This document shows, piece by piece, positions 26,006 to 32,000 of a DNA stretch of 32,000 nt. The stretch is from NCBI RefSeq assembly GCF_004382795.1, contig NZ_SMSG01000006.1:204542-236541 (forward strand), in the 5' to 3' direction. Every line of letters starts with the position of its first letter. The first letter of the stretch is position 1. The position numbers and the translations under genes were made by a program. Under the pieces are notes generated by a model that saw nothing but the letters and a program-made list of their open reading frames with translations, ran no database searches and was not told where the DNA came from. The DNA comes from Cumulibacter soli. GTDB taxonomy: Bacteria; Actinomycetota; Actinomycetes; Mycobacteriales; Antricoccaceae.

Positions 26006-26024
26006 GGCGGTAATCATTGCCGCC
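26006..26024. terminator. Weak hairpin between convergent genes
   Basis: GGCGGTAA-TCA-TTGCCGCC, an 8-bp stem including one G-U pair. No clear U tract. Confidence 0.3.
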
Positions 26025-26035
26025 GTCCTGCAGGC

Positions 26036-27682
26036 CTAGATCCCGTCGCTCGGGGTGCCGTCGGCGTCGTAGATGGTGCCGTCCTCGTCGCCGTAGCCGA
26101 CGAGATATCGCAGCGGGACGTCGACCTCGTACGGGTCCTGCCCGGCATCGGTGAGTTGCGTGTTCTCCTCGTCGCTGATGCCACGACTGACCTGCACGTA
26201 CCGATTCGCCTTATCGATCGGCTCGGCGTTCGTAGCCGCGTCGCTGGCGTCGATCACCTGCTGCAACGCATCGCCGCTGACCTCGCTCAATGCGAAAGTC
26301 AGCGGTGGCGTTGAACTCACGATTGGGTCGTTGGTGGTGGCGAACCCGCCGTACGGTTGCTCGAGCCGAATCATATTGCCACCGACGACCATATCTATCG
26401 CGAAACCGGTACCTGCTCCCGACAGCGAGGATGCAAACGATCCGCCCCGAGAGCGCAGCACGTCGAAGCCAAATTCGTGCCCATTCTTGATCAGAATCGC
26501 CCCGAGGTCGAAGGGGGCATAGCCGAGTTCGTCAAGCGTGGCGCCTAGCTGCTCGTACCAGGCGTCCATATCGTCAAGAGCCCATAGCGGCGCGAGCGTG
26601 CCGTCGAGTCGGCCGTGCACATAGGTGTAGTTACCGCCCTCGCCGTACTGAAACTCGATCTCGGCTTGGCTCGGCGCTGGAGCGTCGGTGTCGACAGCAG
26701 CGATCTGGATATCCGTGGGTTCACCAAGCCCTGCGTCGGCATCAATCGTCTGGCTCATCGCGGCGAAATCAGGCAGATTACGGTCCGCGAGACTGAATGT
26801 CCCATCGGAGGACGCGAGTTCATCGTCGTACGTCGGCGTGAGATCGAAACTGTTCACGCTGATGTCCTGGCCGGTTTCGGGATCGTGGAATGTGCCGTAT
26901 GCCCCGGATCCAGGCGTTACTCGCAGGCTCCGCACGTGCTGCGAACTGCCCGGTTTGAACTCGTCCGCGGCGTCCAGGAGGGCGAGGAACATATCGGTGG
27001 CCTCTCCGATGGTGACGGACTCGCCGCCACCGGTGGCAGAGTCGTCCGTAGCAGAGGTGATCGACGGTAACTGCGCCGATGACATAGTCACCGGGATGAC
27101 GACACCGCCAACGACGATCGAAAGGCCCACCGCGGCGGCCGCCAGCGCTGGCCGGGTCCGCGGGCGCGGCGTACGCCCGAGCGGCACTGAGCGCGCTTCC
27201 TCGGTGTTCACTCGCGAATGCGCCCGGCCGATAGCGTCGACTCGTGATCGGCTCCCGGACGGGTCCGTGACCTTCAGATCACCCAGTAGCGAACTGAGCT
27301 GGTTACCCGGCACATGACCATCGACCACGGTGCGCTTGATAATCCACTCGTCACGTGAATCGCCCTCTGCCCGCCAGGCCAGGTCCACGCTCACTTTGCG
27401 ACGGTCATCGTGACCGTCCGGGCCGTAGGTGCGCTCTGACTCAATGCCGAGCGGGCGAGCCGCCGTATCGCGGTTACCGACCGCAGTCACCGGCGGCAGC
27501 AGGTCGATTCCACTCTGTAAGTCTCGTATTGCACCGACTGACTTACGCAGCGCGCCGCAGATCCAGAAAGCCGATGCAACACCGAGCGTCGCTCCTATTG
27601 AGATCCCGAGCGGTCCGGGATTATCTCGGACGACTATCACCGCAAGGGATCCAAGCGCGGCGGATGCGGCACCGTTTACCAT
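26036..27682 (-). CDS. Hypothetical polytopic membrane protein with a large acidic extracytoplasmic domain
   Basis: ATG 27682 (MVNGAASAALGSLAVIVV...). Two N-terminal hydrophobic helices, a ~130-aa charged segment, a third TM helix (ALAAAAVGLSIVVGGVVIPV), then a ~330-aa D/E-rich domain. I recognise no family motif. The track start 27886 would overlap the divergent gene. Confidence 0.55.
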   Translation of the reverse strand: MVNGAASAALGSLAVIVVRDNPGPLGISIGATLGVASAFWICGALRKSVGAIRDLQSGIDLLPPVTAVGNRDTAARPLGIESERTYGPDGHDDRRKVSVDLAWRAEGDSRDEWIIKRTVVDGHVPGNQLSSLLGDLKVTDPSGSRSRVDAIGRAHSRVNTEEARSVPLGRTPRPRTRPALAAAAVGLSIVVGGVVIPVTMSSAQLPSITSATDDSATGGGESVTIGEATDMFLALLDAADEFKPGSSQHVRSLRVTPGSGAYGTFHDPETGQDISVNSFDLTPTYDDELASSDGTFSLADRNLPDFAAMSQTIDADAGLGEPTDIQIAAVDTDAPAPSQAEIEFQYGEGGNYTYVHGRLDGTLAPLWALDDMDAWYEQLGATLDELGYAPFDLGAILIKNGHEFGFDVLRSRGGSFASSLSGAGTGFAIDMVVGGNMIRLEQPYGGFATTNDPIVSSTPPLTFALSEVSGDALQQVIDASDAATNAEPIDKANRYVQVSRGISDEENTQLTDAGQDPYEVDVPLRYLVGYGDEDGTIYDADGTPSDGI

Positions 27683-27766
27683 CGAGGCTACGGGCAAACT
27701 CCGGGGCTTCACGCCGCTGAGACTACAGCGGGTTTCTGGGTCGCCCTTGACTGGGACTGAGGGGCG

Positions 27767-29059
27767 ATGACCACCGCCGACGACGAACACACCGAAGCCG
27801 ACATGAGGCCGATGCCGTCGGACGTCGAGCCCGCGTGGTACGGCGCGTACATCCGTCAGCCGCACACCAATATGTCCGGGAAGCACCGACAGTTGCTGAT
27901 GTTTCTGGCACTGGTGCTAGCCGGCATTGCGTTCCTGATTCTCGGCAGCGGATCGATTGCCATCACCGCGGTCATCGCCAGCGCCCTCGGGCTCACCTTC
28001 GGCGGGCTCGCGTACGCCACCTCCGGCGGGAAGCGGGTGGGGCTAAGCATCGGCCCGGATACGGTCTCCTTCGGTCGCGACGGCGAGATGCACCACTGGC
28101 GTCGTAGCGCCCTGAGATCGGTGCAGATCAATGACACCTACCGTGGCGGGCCAGTGTCACCTGCCATCGGCACGTATCTCGTGCAGGGGTACCGGTACTT
28201 GACGCTGCACCGAGTGGACGGCGTCGTCGCGCATGTGAGCTTGGACTCGGCTAATCCGTACGCGGACATCATCGAGGCTGCGTTGGTTGAGGGCGCGCCG
28301 CTACCGGAGCTCTCCCATCCGCCGGCACCGTCGGCGAAGTTCAGGAACACCAGCACCTGGCATAGCGCGGGTGCCGACGCGTCAGTGGAGCCGATGCCGT
28401 CGAATCCGCCCGTACCACCGACAATCTCGGCCAAGCCCGATGCGACAGGCGCCCCGACGGCAGACGGATCGCCTGGGGCGCACTCGGGACGCGCCGCGGC
28501 CGGTGTGCACACCGGTAACACCACCGGCATGAGCGGGCAGGCGCGCCCCGAACCGGAGGAGATTCTCTGGCGTCGGGCCCGCGAGCGGCACGACGCTGTC
28601 TTACTCGCGTACTCCCCGTACGAGGTGGACCCAGGCATGGTCATGCGGTTCCCCGCGATGACCGATGTGACCATCCCAGCGACGGCCGAGTTCATCGAGG
28701 CACTCAGCGATGCGTCCGCCTTTCGCACCGACGAGTTCCCCGACGGAAAGCTATCGGCGGCGTACCGCGACTCCATCAGCGCGCTGGAGATGGCGTGGAG
28801 TGCCGCAGAACGCCACGCTCGCAGCGTGGGTACCTCGTTGCTCGCCGATACCGACCGCAGGCGTCTGGACCAAGCCTACAAACTGTTGAAGCATGCCGAA
28901 GGTGCATCGACCGATGCGGAACGTGCGACCTACTTCCAGCAAGTCAAGACGCTGATGGATGATCTGGCGCGCAGCGGTGCGATCATGACGCCGCCGAAGG
29001 TGCGACAGGCGATTAGCACCAAGGTCCGTCTCGCCGTGGCCGCCGCAAACGATGCGTAG
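27767..29059 (+). CDS. Hypothetical membrane protein (2 TM, PH-like segment, P/A/S-rich linker, helical C-terminal domain)
   Basis: ATG 27767 with GAGGGG upstream. TM helices LLMFLALVLAGIAFLILG and IAITAVIASALGLTFGGLAYA. The C-terminal ~170 aa are helical (ILWRRARERHDAVLLAYSPYEVDPGMVMRFPAMTDV...). No family recognised. Confidence 0.6.
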   Translation: MTTADDEHTEADMRPMPSDVEPAWYGAYIRQPHTNMSGKHRQLLMFLALVLAGIAFLILGSGSIAITAVIASALGLTFGGLAYATSGGKRVGLSIGPDTVSFGRDGEMHHWRRSALRSVQINDTYRGGPVSPAIGTYLVQGYRYLTLHRVDGVVAHVSLDSANPYADIIEAALVEGAPLPELSHPPAPSAKFRNTSTWHSAGADASVEPMPSNPPVPPTISAKPDATGAPTADGSPGAHSGRAAAGVHTGNTTGMSGQARPEPEEILWRRARERHDAVLLAYSPYEVDPGMVMRFPAMTDVTIPATAEFIEALSDASAFRTDEFPDGKLSAAYRDSISALEMAWSAAERHARSVGTSLLADTDRRRLDQAYKLLKHAEGASTDAERATYFQQVKTLMDDLARSGAIMTPPKVRQAISTKVRLAVAAANDA

Positions 29060-29172
29060 CGCCGCGGTTCAACCACCCGCGTGAATGCCTCTAAGCAGTC
29101 TGCGAAATAGGTCCGAGCGACGGTTTCTCGGCGCAGCGTCCGCGCCACGAATCACCGCTATAGAAGCGAAAA

Positions 29173-31002
29173 CTACTTTGACTTGCCGGCTGGCTCGTCG
29201 GTGGACAGTGCTGCGATGAAGGCCTCCTGGGGCACTTCCACCCGGCCCACCATCTTCATCCGCTTCTTGCCTTCCTTCTGCTTCTCCAGCAGTTTGCGCT
29301 TGCGGCTGATGTCGCCGCCGTAGCACTTCGCCAGCACGTCCTTGCGAATGGCGCGAATCGTCTCGCGCGCGATGATCCGCGAGCCCACGGCTGCCTGGAT
29401 CGGTACCTCGAATTGCTGGCGCGGAATCAACTCGCGCAGCTTCGCGGTCATCATCACGCCGTACGAGTACGCCTTGTCCTTATGCACGATCGCCGAGAAC
29501 GCATCCACTTGCTCGCCTTGTAGCAAAATGTCGACCTTCACCAGGTCGGTTGCCTGCACGCCGGACTCCTCGTAGTCAAGGGAGGCATAGCCGCGGGTAC
29601 GCGACTTCAGCGAGTCGAAGAAATCGAAGATGATCTCGGCTAGCGGCAGGTCGTAACGCAACTCGATCCGCGTCTCGGAGAGGTAGTCCATCCCCTTCAT
29701 GACACCGCGCCGTGACTGACACAGCTCCATAATTGCGCCGGTGAATTCTGCGGGCGCGATCAACGTGCATTTCACGACCGGTTCGCGCACTTCGGCGACC
29801 TTCCCGACCGGCCAATCGCTCGGATTGGTCACCACCGTCTCGGTGCCATCGTCCATGGTGACGTCATAGATAACGTTGGGCGCAGTCGAAATCAGCGCCA
29901 GGCCGAACTCGCGCTCCAGTCGTTCGCGCACGATTTCCAGGTGCAGCAGTCCTAGGAAGCCGCAGCGGAACCCGAACCCGAGCGCAGTGGAGTTTTCCGG
30001 CTCGTAAGTCAGCGCGGCGTCGTTGAGCCGTAACTTGTCGAGGGCGTCGCGCAGTAGCGGGTAATCCGATCCGTCGATCGGGAACAAGCCCGAATACACC
30101 ATGGGCTTGGGGTCGCGGTAGCCACCGATCGCGTCACTGGCTGGTGCAGCTTGAAGCGTGACCGTATCGCCGACGCGGGACTGACGAACGTCCTTCACGC
30201 CGGTAATCAGGTAACCGACTTCGCCGACCCCGAGCGACTTCACCGGCACCGGCTCGGGTGAGATCACCCCGAGTTCGAGCAGTTCGTGGGTCGCGTTCGT
30301 GGACATCATTTTGATCCGCTCGCGCGCGGAGATCCGTCCGTCGACCACGCGCACGTAGGTGATGACGCCACGGTAGATGTCGTAGACGGAATCGAAAATC
30401 ATCGCCCGGGCAGGGCCTCCCATCTGCCCGACCGGCGGTGGGATCTCCTCGACAATGCGATTGAGCAGTTCGGGCACGCCCACACCGGTCTTGCCCGAGA
30501 CCCGCAAGATCGAATCCGGTTCACAGCCGATGATCCCGGCGATCTCCTCGGCGTACAACTCGGGTTGCGCGGCGGGCAGATCGATCTTGTTCAGCACCGG
30601 GATGATCGTGAGGTCGTTCTCCATAGCCATGTACAGATTGGCCAGGGTTTGCGCCTCGATCCCTTGCGCCGCATCAACCAGCAGGATCGCGCCCTCGCAG
30701 GCTGCCAGCGACCGCGACACTTCGTAACTGAAATCGACGTGCCCGGGGGTGTCGATCATGTGCAGGGTGTAGCCACGCTCGTCCGTACCCGGCCACGGCA
30801 GCCGCACATTCTGCGATTTGATCGTGATGCCGCGCTCGCGCTCGATATCCATCCGGTCGAGGTACTGCGCACGCATCTGACGCTGTTCGATCACGCCGGT
30901 GACCTCGAGCATGCGGTCGGCCAGCGTCGACTTGCCGTGGTCGATGTGCGCAATGATGCAGAAGTTCCTGATCAGCGCGGGGTCAGTGTGCTCGGCGGTC
31001 AC
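29173..31002 (-). CDS. lepA: Translation elongation factor 4 (LepA)
   Basis: [31 protein letters not shown] and the LepA C-terminal domain. GTG 31002 is preceded by GAAGGAAAC. The track start 31077 adds an Arg/Pro-rich artefactual extension. Confidence 0.95.
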   Translation of the reverse strand: MTAEHTDPALIRNFCIIAHIDHGKSTLADRMLEVTGVIEQRQMRAQYLDRMDIERERGITIKSQNVRLPWPGTDERGYTLHMIDTPGHVDFSYEVSRSLAACEGAILLVDAAQGIEAQTLANLYMAMENDLTIIPVLNKIDLPAAQPELYAEEIAGIIGCEPDSILRVSGKTGVGVPELLNRIVEEIPPPVGQMGGPARAMIFDSVYDIYRGVITYVRVVDGRISARERIKMMSTNATHELLELGVISPEPVPVKSLGVGEVGYLITGVKDVRQSRVGDTVTLQAAPASDAIGGYRDPKPMVYSGLFPIDGSDYPLLRDALDKLRLNDAALTYEPENSTALGFGFRCGFLGLLHLEIVRERLEREFGLALISTAPNVIYDVTMDDGTETVVTNPSDWPVGKVAEVREPVVKCTLIAPAEFTGAIMELCQSRRGVMKGMDYLSETRIELRYDLPLAEIIFDFFDSLKSRTRGYASLDYEESGVQATDLVKVDILLQGEQVDAFSAIVHKDKAYSYGVMMTAKLRELIPRQQFEVPIQAAVGSRIIARETIRAIRKDVLAKCYGGDISRKRKLLEKQKEGKKRMKMVGRVEVPQEAFIAALSTDEPAGKSK

Positions 31003-31227
31003 ATGTTTCCTTCGATGGGGCGGTGCGGGACGCCGGCGATGCCCGGCGCACGCCGCGCGTGGCGCGACTCTAGCCATTCTGCCTTACCTTCACTCGAGCG
31101 GACTAATGTGGCGTGCGCCGCTGTCGTTTGTCTTCGCCTTGTGCCCCTTGGTACGCTGTCTCTTTGTGTGCGCGACGACTCGCGCCCAGAACCAACCCGG
31201 CATCATCAATCTGAAGAAGGCACCTTC

Positions 31228-31500
31228 GTGGCGAACATCAAGTCCCAGATCAAGCGCGTCAAGACCAACGAGATCGCGCGTCAGCGCAACCAGGCCGTCA
31301 AGTCGGCACTGAAGACCTCGGTGCGCAGCTTCCGTGAGGCCGCTGCATCGGGCGACGTCGAGAAGGCGACCGCCGCGCTTCGTAAGGCTTCGCGTGACCT
31401 CGACAAGGCCACCAGCAAGGGCGTCATCCACCGCCGCCAGGCCGCCAACCGCAAGTCGGGCATGGCCAAGGCGCTCGAGGCCATGAAGGCCGCAGCCTAA
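31228..31500 (+). CDS. rpsT: 30S ribosomal protein S20
   Basis: [35 protein letters not shown]... (90 aa) from GTG 31228. The track fuses it to a 404-aa ORF that is antisense to lepA. Confidence 0.9.
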   Translation: MANIKSQIKRVKTNEIARQRNQAVKSALKTSVRSFREAAASGDVEKATAALRKASRDLDKATSKGVIHRRQAANRKSGMAKALEAMKAAA

Positions 31501-31514
31501 CTCTCCGCTTCACT

Positions 31515-31555
31515 CGCGAAGCCGCACCCCTCGCCGGTTGGGGTGCGGCTTCGCG
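31515..31555 (+). terminator. Rho-independent terminator of rpsT
   Basis: A perfect 16-bp stem CGCGAAGCCGCACCCC / GGGGTGCGGCTTCGCG with a 9-nt loop, followed by TCGTT. Starts 15 nt after the stop. Confidence 0.8.
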
Positions 31556-31620
31556 TCGTTGCCAGGCACCGCCCGGGCGTTCCCACACACCCCTGCTGAC
31601 GATGCGGCCTTTGTGTACGA

Positions 31621-31686
31621 GATCCGCCGGGCCACTGCCGCTAGATCCGCCGGGTACTGCGTCAGGTCCGCCGGGCACTGCGTCGG
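31621..31686. repeat. Three tandem ~22-bp direct repeats with core TCCGCCGGG(C)YACTGC
   Basis: gatccgccgggccactgccgcta (31621-31643), gatccgccgggtactgcgtcag (31644-31665), gtccgccgggcactgcgtcgg (31666-31686). Intergenic, between the rpsT terminator and the holA stop. Confidence 0.6.
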
Positions 31687-31708
31687 ACGGCCCATCGGAG
31701 CGCGCGAC

Positions 31709-32000
31709 CTAGCGCACGGTGCGCGCCTCGGCGATGTCCAGTACTGCCTTCTCAATCGCGTATCGAGGATCAGCGGCCTGCCCCTTGACCTCGCCGTTGA
31801 GCCGAGCCGCGACGTTCATCGCGATCGTCAGCCCTGGGGCGCTCCAGCCTCCTGCGGTCTGCTGAATCTTGCGGATCTTCCATGCCGGCATCCCCAACCG
31901 AGAAGCCAAGGTATTCGGGTTCCCGCGACCGGCTGCGGCCACTTTCGCGACCGAACGTACCGATTCGGCGATCGCATCGGCAATCACCACCTCAGCGGTC
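31709..32000 (-). CDS. holA: DNA polymerase III delta subunit, C-terminal part (gene continues past the right edge)
   Basis: The reading frame stays open to the window edge. ...LASRLGMPAWKIRKIQQTAGGWSAPGLTIAMNVAARLNGEVKGQAADPRYAIEKAVLDIA resembles HolA domain III. The position next to rpsT is as in other actinobacteria. Confidence 0.7.
   Translation of the reverse strand, partial: TAEVVIADAIAESVRSVAKVAAAGRGNPNTLASRLGMPAWKIRKIQQTAGGWSAPGLTIAMNVAARLNGEVKGQAADPRYAIEKAVLDIAEARTVR

Noticed and set aside
30286-31227. 5' part of a 404-aa plus-strand ORF
   Set aside because: It is antisense to lepA and crosses the lepA-rpsT intergenic region. Only the terminal 90 codons (rpsT, from GTG 31228) match a known protein.

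Overview
High-GC, actinobacterial-type chromosomal core segment, almost entirely coding, about 40 genes. The minus strand carries a long housekeeping run. Read right to left it is hrcA-dnaJ-rsmE, then phoH-ybeY-DUF21/CBS-era-small membrane protein-recO-uppS, then glyQS, a dus gene, and DUF218-dgt-dnaG (dnaG is cut by the left edge). A plus-strand insert at 7279-9373 encodes a metal ABC importer ATPase and permease plus an ArsR/SmtB metal sensor. The right third holds hemW and a Cys-less alternative ribosomal protein operon (rpmB-rpmG-rpsN-COG0523-like-rpmE2). It continues with an MDR oxidoreductase, an M20 amidohydrolase, two divergent uncharacterised membrane proteins, lepA, rpsT and the 3' end of holA. 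I found no rRNA, tRNA, CRISPR array, transposase, integrase or recognisable defence gene. Many long antisense ORFs in the track are high-GC artefacts. Three things deserve a second look. (1) There are two zinc-related modules, neither with a Fur-type Zur gene or a Zur-box-like AT-rich palindrome in view. The importer ends in an SmtB-type sensor with an intact alpha5 metal site. The alt-ribosomal operon carries a COG0523 relative whose GTPase motifs look degenerate, and is preceded by a perfect 9-2-9 palindrome. (2) A divergent pair of unassignable membrane proteins at 26036-29059 is the only content outside the conserved backbone. (3) A ParB-fold/membrane-protein pair shares the CIRCE-containing hrcA control region. 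None of these is a demonstrated new system. All family assignments come from reading motifs by eye, and synteny comparisons are from memory.
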